Shown here: positions 41,226 to 51,095 of the stretch, in pieces
Numbering within the stretch: position 1 is the stretch's first letter
How the letters are laid out: each line of letters begins with the position of its first letter
IMG/VR virus record: IMGVR_UViG_3300044825_001916
Coordinates: 1 to 63,439 of that record
Source: a virus
Lineage: Duplodnaviria > Caudoviricetes
Direction: 5' to 3' (one strand)
DNA: 63,439 nucleotides
Translations under genes and position numbers: made by a program
The notes under the pieces: model-generated
What the model was told of the DNA's origin: nothing
Database searches by the model: none
What the model saw: only the letters and a program-made list of their open reading frames with translations

Positions 41226-42488
41226 TCACCCCGCCATCTTGAGGTAGCGCGACGGATCCTTCGCGTCGGGGCTCATGCGCCCGCGTGCGAGACCGCCCGC
41301 TTTGTGCTTGCGGATGCGCTCGCGCATCTCGTCGAGCTTCTTCGCGCCGGCGTCGGACGATCCATCGCCCAGCATGGACACTGTCTCGGCGTCGAAGACG
41401 TACTCGCCGTCCGACAATAGCGCCGGGATCCGATCCTCGCGGCCGTGGCCGTCGCCCTTGACGTAACGGCCTTGAGCGGCGCGCATCAGGCCGCCCATGG
41501 CCGCAGTCGCGCGCGGCGTTTCCGGCAGCTCGTTGTCCTCGTAGAAGTCGCGCTCGCCGCCGGTGATGGCGTAGCGCCGCATGTCGCCATCCGGCTGCAT
41601 GCGAGTGCGGCGGAACTCAACTTCCGGGAGAGGGCGGCCCATGTTCGGGTCGTTCTGCTGGGGCGCTGGAGTGGCGCCGCCAGACTGGCCGCCGCCCTGC
41701 GCGCCGCTCAGTGCGGCATTCGCAACCAACCCGAGCGCCGCTAGTTGGCCGACCCGGTTCAGCATGGAGGTGCCGCCAGCGGCTGCACCGCCAGCCCCGC
41801 CAGCCCCGCCAGCCCCGCCCGCTACTGCGCCGCCAGCGCCGGCAGCCGCTCCGCCAGCGGGTGCGGCAGCAGCCGGCGCTGCGGCGGCGGGGGCGCCGTT
41901 GAACAGGTTGTTGATCGCTGGCGCGATGCCCGAGCCCCCGGTGGGGGAGAAGATGCCGCCGGAGAAGATGCTGCCGTCTGCGGCCGGCGTCCCGGTGATG
42001 CCCATCGCCGGCAGAGCATAGCCCGCCAGGCCGCCGGTCAGGGCGCCCGTCAGAGCACCCCTACCGCCACCCGTTGCGGCGCCCAGGCCAGCGCCGATCA
42101 GGCCGGTGCCGACGGTCGACGCCGCCGTTCCGGTCAGCCCCAGCCCTGTCCCGACAGCGGTGCCCACGCCCGGGGCCAGCGCGCTTAGAGCCACCGTTGC
42201 CACCGGGGCGGCCCACTGCTTGAACCACTTCTGCTTCCAGAATGGCTTGAAGGCATACATGCCCGTGTGCGGGTTCCGCTCGGGAGGGCCGAAGTGCCGG
42301 ACCATCTCCTCGAACTCGGCCTTGTTGACGTGGACGATCATGCTGTCGCCGCCCTCGCCCGCGCCGGCGACCCGCTTGGCCGATCGGGCCAGGCCGCCCC
42401 TGGCGTAGGGGGTCGCGTCCGGGCGGCTCATGTCAACCATGACCGGCGTGTAGCTGACGCGCTCGTAGGAGACTGTGTTTCCGTTCAT
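41226..42488 (-). CDS. putative ejected protein with GxGGD...NPxTG and G..D.IPALLSDGEYV domains
   Basis: YARGG, AMGG, KAGG motifs; Gly-rich hydrophobic middle. Confidence 0.65.
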   Translation of the reverse strand: MNGNTVSYERVSYTPVMVDMSRPDATPYARGGLARSAKRVAGAGEGGDSMIVHVNKAEFEEMVRHFGPPERNPHTGMYAFKPFWKQKWFKQWAAPVATVALSALAPGVGTAVGTGLGLTGTAASTVGTGLIGAGLGAATGGGRGALTGALTGGLAGYALPAMGITGTPAADGSIFSGGIFSPTGGSGIAPAINNLFNGAPAAAAPAAAAPAGGAAAGAGGAVAGGAGGAGGAGGAAAGGTSMLNRVGQLAALGLVANAALSGAQGGGQSGGATPAPQQNDPNMGRPLPEVEFRRTRMQPDGDMRRYAITGGERDFYEDNELPETPRATAAMGGLMRAAQGRYVKGDGHGREDRIPALLSDGEYVFDAETVSMLGDGSSDAGAKKLDEMRERIRKHKAGGLARGRMSPDAKDPSRYLKMAG

Positions 42489-42489
42489 G

Positions 42490-42726
42490 TCATACCTCGG
42501 CGAGCGCCATCTGAACGAACCTCTCAGCCCAATCCCGCCAATCGTCGAAGAAGTCCGGGATCGGGGGCAGTGTAGCCGAAATCTTCGGAATAGCTATGAC
42601 ACGGTTGGCCCAGTCTTTCCACATTTCCGGGTCGTCCAGCCGGGAAATGGCGCCGTACCTCTCCAGCGTCAGGGCCATCATGTCCGTCCACTCGGTGACG
42701 GTCATGTTCCGGGTCGGAAGGATCAC
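42490..42726 (-). CDS. small Trp-rich virion-cluster protein
   Basis: W..WA...P.PD.F.DW.DWAERF. Confidence 0.7.
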   Translation of the reverse strand: MILPTRNMTVTEWTDMMALTLERYGAISRLDDPEMWKDWANRVIAIPKISATLPPIPDFFDDWRDWAERFVQMALAEV

Positions 42727-44255
42727 GACAGGATCCTCGCGTCCGCAGGCTCAAGGTGGGCGATGACCTGGCCCATCTGGTAGTCGCCGCCGATCTCGTT
42801 GCTCTCAAAGATCAGCCGCAGCTCGCGGCGGATCTCCTTCAAGAACACGACCTGCTCGGAGGGGTCGGTGGCGATCGCCGGGAACGTCCGGGCATCACTG
42901 GGCACGGCCGGCGCTCGGGCGTTGTACCGGCCAGTCACGCGCACCGTCATGTTACCCCGCTGAACGAAGTCGGGCTCAATGATTGAGATGCGAATGGCCT
43001 TGTTCGTCGCGTCCTTCGGCAGCGCCGCCAGGGAGACATCGGCAGTCTCAAAGTAGGACCGGATCGCGCTGATGCTGATGCCGTCGATCTCGTCGAAGCC
43101 GGTCTCGTGCTGCCAAAGGTTCTGCGTGGCCGTCATGGGCGAGGAGCCGACCATCAGCGGCTTCGCGCTCACGTTCACGAAGATCCCGCCCGATCGGCCG
43201 GCGTTCGGCAGCACGGTGTCGTACCATGTTTGCTCGCGCACGTTGTAGATCACGGCGTGCGTGCATTCGGTCGCGTTGCCGAAGGGGAAGCACCACCAGA
43301 TCTCGCCGTACCGCGGCACCGCCATGGCGAAGACCTTCTGGCGCTGCTCGAAGTTCAGGTTGTCGAAGAACCAGTTCAGGTTCAGCGGGTTCGGCACCTC
43401 GCGCACGACGCCGTTGAACATCAGGAAGCGATCGACGCCGGCCCAGTAGTAGACGCCGTCGTACTCAATCACGCCCTGGCTCGAGAGGATCGAGCTGGTG
43501 GCGCTGACGGTGTCGAACTGGAACACCGGCGCGCCGCCCACGAAGGTCGCGCGGATCACGCTGTCGAGCGACCAGAAGATGCCGGAGGGCGAGTTGCCCG
43601 GGCCAGCGCGGAGCGGCAGCCCCTTCACGATCTTCTGGCCCGTGACGTAGCCGTCGCCGGATCCGGTGCTCGTCCAGTCGTTCGGGTTGCCAGGCACCGA
43701 CCAGGCCACATAGCCATCGGTGCCGTAGGCGAAGACGTAGGGGTGCAGCACGACGACGCCGCCCGAGACCTGCGGAGCGCTGCCGCCGGCCGCCACGAGC
43801 GCGCCACTGCCAGTCACGTCGCCGACGTAGATCGGCTTGTTCGTGGTCTCGTCCTGGTTCACGAGGTTCAGGCCGGCGTGCGCGATGAGCTTCTGGCCAC
43901 CCGTCACGCTGTCGAAGAGCACGTCGAACTGCCAGAGGTGCGCGGCATTCGACACGAAGCCGGCGGGCGTGCGGTCAGCCACCGGCGACGCGACCGCTTG
44001 GTTGTCGACGATCACCTGCTCGACGCGCGCCTGCTCGCCGACGTGGACGTAGGTCTGCCCGTTCTCGGAGAAGGCGTGCATGCCGCGAGCGACGCCCGCC
44101 AGCTGGTTCGTGGCGCGACGATAGCCGCCCATCTTGCGCGGGTAGCCGCGCTGGAAGCGGCACCACTGTCCGTCGACGTAGTGGTCGCCCTGGAAGATGG
44201 TGCCGTCGCGCTTGATGCCGGGCGTCGAGCGGATGATCGTGGGCGTTGCGGGCAT
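42723..44255 (-). CDS. tail hub/nozzle protein (P22 gp10-like)
   Basis: PGIKRDGT, W.RF.RG.PRKMGGY, EIWW.FP, YN..E..WY, IEPDFVQ. Confidence 0.75.
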   Translation of the reverse strand: MPATPTIIRSTPGIKRDGTIFQGDHYVDGQWCRFQRGYPRKMGGYRRATNQLAGVARGMHAFSENGQTYVHVGEQARVEQVIVDNQAVASPVADRTPAGFVSNAAHLWQFDVLFDSVTGGQKLIAHAGLNLVNQDETTNKPIYVGDVTGSGALVAAGGSAPQVSGGVVVLHPYVFAYGTDGYVAWSVPGNPNDWTSTGSGDGYVTGQKIVKGLPLRAGPGNSPSGIFWSLDSVIRATFVGGAPVFQFDTVSATSSILSSQGVIEYDGVYYWAGVDRFLMFNGVVREVPNPLNLNWFFDNLNFEQRQKVFAMAVPRYGEIWWCFPFGNATECTHAVIYNVREQTWYDTVLPNAGRSGGIFVNVSAKPLMVGSSPMTATQNLWQHETGFDEIDGISISAIRSYFETADVSLAALPKDATNKAIRISIIEPDFVQRGNMTVRVTGRYNARAPAVPSDARTFPAIATDPSEQVVFLKEIRRELRLIFESNEIGGDYQMGQVIAHLEPADARILS

Positions 44256-45559
44256 CAGCCACCCAGCGCGATTGAGTAGGCGAGGCTGTCGGACGCGACC
44301 TGCGCAAGCTGAGCGTTGGACGGCGCGTCAATGGCCGCGCGAGCCGCAGCTTGGTTGGCGGCCGTGACGACTGCGTCGCCTACCGCAGTAATGCCGACGG
44401 CGCCTCGTGCGGCGGCCTGGGAAGCGGCCTGGAAGACCGCCACGCCCGTACTAGTGCCGCCCAGGTTGATCAGCGCAGCGCCTGCGGTGGTGGCGCCGGT
44501 ACCGCCTTGCGCGACCGAGACCGGCACCGCGAGGCCTGCGGTATCGGCCGGCACGACGTTGGTGCCGTCGCAGTAGAGGATGGCGCTGGCGCCCTGAACG
44601 ACGGCCACGCCCGTGCCGGCGGCCGTCTTCACCGTCAGCGTGAAGGCGCCCGTCGTCGCGTTGGTCACCCAGTACTGCTGCACCGTCGTCGGGACGACGA
44701 TCTCGCGGTTCGCAATCAGCGCGCCGGTGAAGCGGTAGGCGATGCGGTTGAGCTGGCCGCCCGTCAGCACGAAGGGTCCGCCGCCGGAGACGTTGATCGC
44801 GGTGTAGTCGAAGGCAAAGGTCGCGCTCTGGCCGAGACCGATCGTGTAGAAGCCGATGCCGTCGCAGACCACGAAGCAGCTATCGCCAGGCTGCAGCGAA
44901 ATGGTGGTCAGCCCGTTGATCGTCTGCGGCCCGGTCGGGTCAATCGTGAGCGCGCCGGAGCCGGAATTGCGAACCAGCACGAACCAATCCGAGCCGAGCG
45001 TCGAGGCGTCATCCGGCACCAGAGATCCGGCCGTGCCGGAGTAGAGCAGCAGCGACGCGCGGTCGTTAACGCCGGTGATGTAGCCGGAGCTGCTGAAGGA
45101 GATGACCGGAACCGACTGGTTCAGCGTCGTCGAGATCGCCTTGATGCCAGCCCCGGCGAGGGCGGCGGCATTCGCGACGGAAATCGAAGCACCGTATTGA
45201 AACACCCGCCAGGTTCCGGCGGCGGTGGTGTTGTCGGTCAGGTAGATCTGCCAAGCCGAGCCGGGGGCGATGGAGACGAGAGCGGCGCCGGCGGCGCTCT
45301 GGATCACGACGTTGTTGAGGCCGACGTTGTTGAACAGGACAGTCTCGCCGACCGACACCTGCGTCGCGTCAGGCATCCGCAGCGCGAGCGAAGGGGCGTT
45401 CGCGGTCACGTCGATGATCGCGGCCACAGGAAGGCCGCCGCTGCTCTCGAGCGGCCAGCTCAGCTGCAGCGGACTGTTGGCGCCCGTCAGGGCATAGGAG
45501 GCATAGGAGACCTGGGCGGGTCCGATCGGCGTTCCACCGAAGACGGAAGTGTAGGACAC
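44255..45559 (-). CDS. tail protein (needle/fibre base)
   Basis: Beta-rich; V.N.T.G.FTLTVKT..GTGV; ends SIALGG. Confidence 0.65.
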   Translation of the reverse strand: MSYTSVFGGTPIGPAQVSYASYALTGANSPLQLSWPLESSGGLPVAAIIDVTANAPSLALRMPDATQVSVGETVLFNNVGLNNVVIQSAAGAALVSIAPGSAWQIYLTDNTTAAGTWRVFQYGASISVANAAALAGAGIKAISTTLNQSVPVISFSSSGYITGVNDRASLLLYSGTAGSLVPDDASTLGSDWFVLVRNSGSGALTIDPTGPQTINGLTTISLQPGDSCFVVCDGIGFYTIGLGQSATFAFDYTAINVSGGGPFVLTGGQLNRIAYRFTGALIANREIVVPTTVQQYWVTNATTGAFTLTVKTAAGTGVAVVQGASAILYCDGTNVVPADTAGLAVPVSVAQGGTGATTAGAALINLGGTSTGVAVFQAASQAAARGAVGITAVGDAVVTAANQAAARAAIDAPSNAQLAQVASDSLAYSIALGG

Positions 45560-45561
45560 GG

Positions 45562-46215
45562 TCAGGCCTCCCGCCGCTGGGCGTTGCGGTCGATGATCTT
45601 CTGCGCGTCCTCGGCCGCGAGCAGGCCAACCGCCTCGTCGTAGTAGGACTTCCAGGTCGCGATGCGCTCGTCGTTCTTCAGGAACGGCGTGGCCTCGAGG
45701 AGCGACCCATAGAGCAGCGCCTGGGGCGCGTACTCGGTCAGCCAGTTGGTCTGCAGGTCGTCGCCCAGCAGAGGCGGCAGCGCATAGTAGAGCACCTCGA
45801 ACGGGTAGGCCCGGTCGGGCGTCGGCGTGATCAGCCAGTGCTGGTAGTTATAGTCGGCGTAGAACTTCGGGGCGCCGCGCTGCGTCTCGTCCGGCCAGAA
45901 GTTCCGGCAGTACTCGTAGGAGCGGCCGAAGATCGGCGTGCGCTCGTTGAAGGTGGCGCCGCCGCCGAAGTTGAAGGAGATCGTGTCGCGCCACCGATCG
46001 GGCTTGGCGTAGACCGACGTGCCGGCCGCCATGGTGGTGGTGACGACTTCGGTCGTGCCCTGGATCTTCAGCTGCCGCGCAAGGCGGCGCTCGCAGAACC
46101 CGATGAAGGTCGGGATCTCGTTGTGGACGGTCGGGTCGCTCGCCTCGGTCAGGCCGCGCTCAAGGTAGCGGGCGATGTCCGCTTTGAGCGAGGCGTAGGT
46201 CATGGCGGTTGCCAT
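45562..46215 (-). CDS. head-tail adaptor protein
   Basis: MTY.SL..DI..YLER, PTPD..Y, TNWL...AP.ALLYGSL.EA.PFLK.DER. Confidence 0.8.
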   Translation of the reverse strand: MATAMTYASLKADIARYLERGLTEASDPTVHNEIPTFIGFCERRLARQLKIQGTTEVVTTTMAAGTSVYAKPDRWRDTISFNFGGGATFNERTPIFGRSYEYCRNFWPDETQRGAPKFYADYNYQHWLITPTPDRAYPFEVLYYALPPLLGDDLQTNWLTEYAPQALLYGSLLEATPFLKNDERIATWKSYYDEAVGLLAAEDAQKIIDRNAQRREA

Positions 46216-46318
46216 TACGACAACTCCTCGGGCACTCGCCCACGCACGCGGGCATCCGCCAGCCTACCATCAGCGGTCTGGATTGGGTAGCGCCGAGAGA
46301 TGGTGCCGGGCCCCGGCA

Positions 46319-46843
46319 TCAGGCGACCTGGCCGCCGACAGCCTTTAGGCCGATCTCGCCCGCCTCGGTGACGCGGCGGGTCCAGCCCTTGCCGAAGGTG
46401 CCGAAGGTCGGGAGGGCCTCCAGGAAGTGCTGGCGGTTGCGCTGGAAGGTGGCGATGAGGGTGGCGGGATCCTGCGCGTTCACCGCGGCCAGGGTCTTCG
46501 GGCCGATCGCCCCGTCGGGCGTCACGCCGACGGCGGCCTGCAGCATGCGAGCCGCTCGACCGGGACCGCTGTTCACCGCCATGTCGAACACGACGTAGTC
46601 GACGCCGGAGGGCAGCTCGTCGCCGCGCACGGCGTCCCAGAAGCGGGCCTTGTAGATCGTCCGCAGGTGCTCGGTGGGGATGGCCCGCAGCTCGTCCTTC
46701 GTGGCCTGGCGGCCAAGCCAGTCGGAGTAGGTCTTGAGCGTGACGCCCTTCATGGTGGCGCCGCCCGGGTCGGCCGGGTGATCAGCCCAGCCGCCCTCGT
46801 GCTTCAGGACGTGAGCGAGGCTGGCCTCGAAGTTCTGCTTCAC
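46319..46843 (-). CDS. endolysin, glycoside hydrolase family 108 with PG-binding domain
   Basis: HEGGWADHP.DPGGAT.KGVT, FD.AVNSG, DG.IGPKT, FGKGW..R. Confidence 0.93.
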   Translation of the reverse strand: MKQNFEASLAHVLKHEGGWADHPADPGGATMKGVTLKTYSDWLGRQATKDELRAIPTEHLRTIYKARFWDAVRGDELPSGVDYVVFDMAVNSGPGRAARMLQAAVGVTPDGAIGPKTLAAVNAQDPATLIATFQRNRQHFLEALPTFGTFGKGWTRRVTEAGEIGLKAVGGQVA

Positions 46844-47361
46844 TTGCTGCCCTTCAGAACCTGATTGAGCTGCTGGGTCTTCTCGCGGGATCCGGCGGAG
46901 GAGCCGAAGTAGTAGCTGATGATCGCGCCCCAGGCGGTGCCGAGCGTGCCCAGCATCACAAGCATCGCCTCTCCGCCGTTCGCGGGGAGGCCGTAGGCAA
47001 TCATCCAGGAGAGCACGCCGAAGAAGCCGCAGGTGACCGCGGCCGCCAGAAGGCGAGGGGTCCAGTCGCCGGTCTTTACCTCTCGATCGCGGGCGCTGCC
47101 ACGATCGGCGGCGTCGATCCGCTCGAGGTCGATTTCCAGCTCCTTCATCCGCACCGCGAACTCTTGCTCGGCCTGCTTTAGCGCGAGCAGCTGCTCTGGC
47201 GTGGCGTTCTTCGCGGCCTCGGCCAGCTCTGCCTCGGTGCCGTCGGGCTTGCCCAGCAGGGCCTCAGAGATGGCACGCGTGGCCATGCCGGCGAGCGGGC
47301 CGCCGACGGCGGTCGCGATACTGGGGGCGACAGTGCGAACGAGGTTAAGTAGCTGGTCCAT
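46840..47361 (-). CDS. holin (3TM/GTA-type)
   Basis: D..SAR.RE, two C-terminal TM helices, YYFGSS.GS. Confidence 0.8.
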   Translation of the reverse strand: MDQLLNLVRTVAPSIATAVGGPLAGMATRAISEALLGKPDGTEAELAEAAKNATPEQLLALKQAEQEFAVRMKELEIDLERIDAADRGSARDREVKTGDWTPRLLAAAVTCGFFGVLSWMIAYGLPANGGEAMLVMLGTLGTAWGAIISYYFGSSAGSREKTQQLNQVLKGSK

Positions 47362-47585
47362 CAGTCGCGGTCCTCTGAGGCTCGCGCCAAGCGTAGGCCA
47401 CCCAGCAACCCGACAAGCGCGCCGACGATCGTCGAGAAGGCAGGCCCCAGCACCTCAAAGATCTTGTCGTTGCTGACCTTCTCGTCGAAAAGGCCGAACA
47501 GCAGCACGAACACCATGGCGAGCATGACCATCGCAAGCGTGTAGATCGCAACCAGCAGGATGTGCCGCTGGACGACCTGCATCAC
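47361..47585 (-). CDS. small 2-TM lysis-cassette protein
   Basis: Two hydrophobic helices; PAFSTIVGA.VGLL. Confidence 0.65.
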   Translation of the reverse strand: MMQVVQRHILLVAIYTLAMVMLAMVFVLLFGLFDEKVSNDKIFEVLGPAFSTIVGALVGLLGGLRLARASEDRD

Positions 47586-47812
47586 TTATCGGCCTTGCGG
47601 TCCAGGCGGTCGAAGATCTGCTTGAGGATCTCCTTCACTTCCTGGATGTCGGTCTTGTAGTCGTCCTTGCTGACGTACTTCGTGTGCAGCACGCGCTCGA
47701 GCGTTTTCACGTCGCTCTGGAGCGAGTTCACGCTATCCCAGACGACCTTGAGAACCCATCCAATGGCAGCGCCGCCGACCCCGACGATGATGTTGTAGAG
47801 GTCTTGGCTCAT
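47582..47812 (-). CDS. TM + coiled-coil lysis-cassette protein
   Basis: N-terminal TM; YVSKDD...IFDRLD.KADK. Confidence 0.7.
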   Translation of the reverse strand: MSQDLYNIIVGVGGAAIGWVLKVVWDSVNSLQSDVKTLERVLHTKYVSKDDYKTDIQEVKEILKQIFDRLDRKADK

Positions 47813-47815
47813 GGC

Positions 47816-47983
47816 CTACTCCGCAGGAGCAATCGTGAGTTCGCCCGCCGCCACCAGAGCCATGATCGCGGCGTAGTCGGCGTTCGCCGGGTCGAGCGGC
47901 ACGAAGCTGGTCACGCCGTTGATGTCGCAGCGTATCTCAACATGTTGACCATTTCGATCAATCCATTGGGCGTTTGTGTACAT
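47816..47983 (-). CDS. tail fibre-associated small protein (55 aa), not in ORF track
   Basis: MYTNAQW...SFVPLDPANADY...GELTIAPAE. Confidence 0.7.
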   Translation of the reverse strand: MYTNAQWIDRNGQHVEIRCDINGVTSFVPLDPANADYAAIMALVAAGELTIAPAE

Positions 47984-47986
47984 GAT

Positions 47987-49072
47987 TTAGAGTTCCGACG
48001 CTGAGGTGTAGCCAGACGCGACGCTTGCATTGGAACCAGTCACCGTGAATGCAGGAGAAAAACCACCTGTATTCGCGTTAAACGCGTTGAGGCTGGATGC
48101 ATTAGTGTAAGAAGGCGAAATTAGAGCGATGGTTGGGCTGGCCCGCATAACAACAGGCCAAGGCAGCCACTGACCTGTTAACCCGGATGTCTGCCCGCCA
48201 GGACCGTACAGCGTGAAATTGCCCGCTTGATAATATCTCTGGCACAGTGCCAGTTCCTGCCCGAACAGCCTGCGTTCAAACGGCGTTGCGACGGTGCCGA
48301 CTTCAAGCTGGACGCCGGTAATTTGATAGGTCGCGCCGGTCGTGCTGTTGAGTTTGGTCGCTCCGGTCACGCCAAGTGCGTTGGCAGCTTGCCATGCGCC
48401 AGTGGCGTTAATGGACAGGGATGGGCCGGTCCCAAGTTCCCAGAACACAAAGACGCCCACCCCATTGCCGACCGGGAAAGCGGTTGTGCCGCCGGTAGTC
48501 GGCGCTGGAACAGAGATCGTGACAAACTGCCAAGTGTTTGCCGACGAGTAGGTGAACGTCGCGGCAAAGGTTTGTGTGGCATCGCCGCTTCGGAGCGTGA
48601 CGCCGAACGTCCCGGTGATCGAGATTTTCGCCCAGAACGAAAGCCTTGCCGGTGAAGCGCCGCTGCTACCCCAGGCAAAGTCGGAAATATTAAAGCCCTC
48701 GATGCGTTGCGCGATGGTAGAAAACAAGCCGCCAGTCGGAGTTTCGGCTGTCCCGGCGGTGTATCGCAGGCTGCTGATGAAGCCGGTGGGCGCGTCCGTC
48801 ACCTGTTGTGCGGTCGCGGTGTTGACGTACCCGTTGGCCCGGTCCACCAGAAATCGGTCAACCGGGTACACAGCGCCAACGGTAGGAACCGTCACGCTCG
48901 CCCCAGCATTCCGCTGGTCGATCCGCATGTCTCCATTGATGATGCGGTTCCGCAGGAAGCTGCTCGCCATCGCCGCAGTGCCCGCGAAGGTCGCGTTGCC
49001 CGAAGCGTCGAGGACGATGTTGTTGCTCGCGGAGGCGGCGTTCTTGAGGTTAACGGCCTGAATTGTGGACAT
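47987..49072 (-). CDS. tail fibre / receptor-binding protein
   Basis: RNRIINGDMRIDQR...ITGVQLEVG..ATPFERR...ELALCQRYY. Confidence 0.85.
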   Translation of the reverse strand: MSTIQAVNLKNAASASNNIVLDASGNATFAGTAAMASSFLRNRIINGDMRIDQRNAGASVTVPTVGAVYPVDRFLVDRANGYVNTATAQQVTDAPTGFISSLRYTAGTAETPTGGLFSTIAQRIEGFNISDFAWGSSGASPARLSFWAKISITGTFGVTLRSGDATQTFAATFTYSSANTWQFVTISVPAPTTGGTTAFPVGNGVGVFVFWELGTGPSLSINATGAWQAANALGVTGATKLNSTTGATYQITGVQLEVGTVATPFERRLFGQELALCQRYYQAGNFTLYGPGGQTSGLTGQWLPWPVVMRASPTIALISPSYTNASSLNAFNANTGGFSPAFTVTGSNASVASGYTSASEL

Positions 49073-49332
49073 CAGCGGGCCTCCAACTCAGCCTGGACCT
49101 CTGCCGCCGACCTCACCCAGCCCTGCTGGAAGGCAAGCTGCACGATGGCGTCCTTGGTTGCGGGAACCGGGATACCTTCCGCCAAGCACCGCTCAACGGC
49201 GACACGGACGACGTTCTCAACGGCGACGCGGCAGCGTTCCTTTACGGCGTTCTCAACCCACCCGACGGGATCAACCGCCTCAGAGGAGAGGGCCAGAGCT
49301 TCTGCGTCAGTGACGGAAACGGTATAGATCAT
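49072..49332 (-). CDS. fibre-associated small protein
   Basis: Coupled; W.ENA...R...A motif. Confidence 0.6.
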   Translation of the reverse strand: MIYTVSVTDAEALALSSEAVDPVGWVENAVKERCRVAVENVVRVAVERCLAEGIPVPATKDAIVQLAFQQGWVRSAAEVQAELEAR

Positions 49333-49342
49333 GGTGTGTCTC

Positions 49343-50107
49343 CTAGCTCAGAAGCTGGCCGGTAAACGAACCGTTGCCGGGCTCAAACTGAGGGGCGCCT
49401 GTAAATACGTTAACATCGACGTAATCGTTTGCATTCATCCGCAATACAACAACTCCGGCTTTCCAAGTGTATCCAAAGGAAACACCAACAATTTCAACTC
49501 TGCACGCCGTTGCCCCATTAAGGCGAATGTCAAATCCATATGCGCTGCCTTGACCGCCATTAGCAGTGAACAAATAATTTCCCGTCACAGGGGCGGTAAA
49601 CCTGCCTGTGCTGCTGTTATAGTGGCTGCCAATGTTATGATAGATGTTGTCAAACAACACTACGCCCGTCACGCTATTGGCGTTGCTCCTGCTCACCCGA
49701 AAAGAGGGCTGAGATGATATCGTGAACTGACCATTGGTGTTGATGCGGGCGCGTTCGCCGTTGTTGACATAAAATGTCAACGGGTGGTTCGTCACCGTCC
49801 CAACCGCACCGAGCGTGTTGAGTTGGTCGGTCCACATACCCTGCGTGACCGAAGAAGTCCTTAGCAGGATGTCGGCGTATTGGGTTGTGGACTGAACACC
49901 AATTCTCGCGCCCGGCGTCGTCGTGCCGATGCCTAGGTTCCCACTGGCATCTAGGCGCATGACCTCCGTGCCGCCTTCGGCAAAGGCGATGGTGTCAGCC
50001 GCAGGGAAAAACATCCCGGTGTTGCCGTCAGTGCCCTGCACGGCGGGCGTTGCGGCAGAGCCGTCCGTGCCAGAGATGCCGGTGGAGCCGTTGATGATGA
50101 CGGGCAT
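49343..50107 (-). CDS. tail fibre protein with C1q-like C-terminal domain
   Basis: GNLGIGTTTP repeat; FD...NIGSHY...TGRFTAPV.G.Y.F...ANDYV...F.G.L. Confidence 0.8.
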   Translation of the reverse strand: MPVIINGSTGISGTDGSAATPAVQGTDGNTGMFFPAADTIAFAEGGTEVMRLDASGNLGIGTTTPGARIGVQSTTQYADILLRTSSVTQGMWTDQLNTLGAVGTVTNHPLTFYVNNGERARINTNGQFTISSQPSFRVSRSNANSVTGVVLFDNIYHNIGSHYNSSTGRFTAPVTGNYLFTANGGQGSAYGFDIRLNGATACRVEIVGVSFGYTWKAGVVVLRMNANDYVDVNVFTGAPQFEPGNGSFTGQLLS

Positions 50108-50346
50108 TAGCCGGGCGCTCCCAGTGCGGTCTTGATTTCGTCGGGCGTCGCCGCCGCGTCGATCTCGGTTTGCATCGCAGCGTACTTGGACCGGATGCCA
50201 GCGCGAGCCGCTTCGGCCTCAGCCTCAACCGTGCCGGGCAGGCGCTTGGCGATGGCCTCGTCATGCGGCGCAAACTCAGCAGCGCGCATCTGGCGGCGCA
50301 TGTCGTGCGCGATCTGCTTGGCCTTGTCGGTGTTGATGCGGATCAC
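50107..50346 (-). CDS. fibre chaperone-like protein
   Basis: I.IN..KAK.IAH..RR..R..EF.P.D. Confidence 0.65.
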   Translation of the reverse strand: MIRINTDKAKQIAHDMRRQMRAAEFAPHDEAIAKRLPGTVEAEAEAARAGIRSKYAAMQTEIDAAATPDEIKTALGAPG

Positions 50347-50558
50347 TGGCCGCCCTCCACATATTCCCATGCGCCACGGAAGGTGCGGTCGGTCGGGATG
50401 TCCGCGACACTGACGATCTTCCAGGGCTTGCCAGCAGGCACGTCCTTAGCGGCCAGGGCTTCGATGGTGTTGCCCTCTTCGGCCAACCACTCGGGTGCCG
50501 GGATGATGACGGCAACGCCGCCTTCGTCACTCGGAAATATGATGCGCTGATCGGTCAT
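50343..50558 (-). CDS. fibre chaperone-like protein
   Basis: IA.KDVP.G.P..IV...DIP.DRTFR.AW. Confidence 0.7.
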   Translation of the reverse strand: MTDQRIIFPSDEGGVAVIIPAPEWLAEEGNTIEALAAKDVPAGKPWKIVSVADIPTDRTFRGAWEYVEGGQ

Positions 50559-50570
50559 GTTTGGCTCCTA

Positions 50571-51095
50571 TCAGCGGAAAACGGCGACACAGACAATGGT
50601 CGGGTCATATGAGGCTCCGGTCCCCCTTGATATCGTATTTATTGGTCCGGTATTTCCGGCGGAAAAATTGCCGTCAAAAAATATGAGGCCGCCATCGACG
50701 CCAAAGTTTGACCTAGTGGTGGCAATCGTTGAGTAGTTTGCGTCCGACATTGCTGTGGTAAAATTCACTGTGTAAGCGCCAGTTCCGCCGTCCGTGATGC
50801 TGCTGACGTTGCCGCTGCCCCGGATCGCCACCGTGCCGGTGCCGTTGAAGTTCACCCACGCCCGGCAGCCGTAAGCTGTGGCGACGGAGCCGTAGCCGGA
50901 GTTAAACGACAGGTTGCCAGAGCCGTCCCATGCAGGCGCACCAGTCGAAAGCATCGCAGGCGTCACAGCAGCCGTGCTGCCCGTGGTGACGACAGTGCCG
51001 GTGTTCGCCGGGATGGTCGCGGTGAAGGTGCTGGCCGTGCTGGGCACGTCGAGGGTGACGGAGCCGCCACCGGAGGAGTTGAGCTTCAGGGGCAT
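50571..51095 (-). CDS. short tail fibre protein
   Basis: RAWVNFNG......SGNVSSITD.GTG.Y.VNF. Confidence 0.8.
   Translation of the reverse strand: MPLKLNSSGGGSVTLDVPSTASTFTATIPANTGTVVTTGSTAAVTPAMLSTGAPAWDGSGNLSFNSGYGSVATAYGCRAWVNFNGTGTVAIRGSGNVSSITDGGTGAYTVNFTTAMSDANYSTIATTRSNFGVDGGLIFFDGNFSAGNTGPINTISRGTGASYDPTIVCVAVFR

Noticed and set aside
41780-41830. Short tandem CCAGCCCCG repeats and other GC microrepeats (11480-11590, 39200-39310)
   Set aside because: They encode Gly/Ala/Pro low-complexity linkers.
46216-46318. Structured intergenic region as a tRNA or ncRNA
   Set aside because: Only short hairpins; no cloverleaf or recognisable family. The same applies to 55966-56054.
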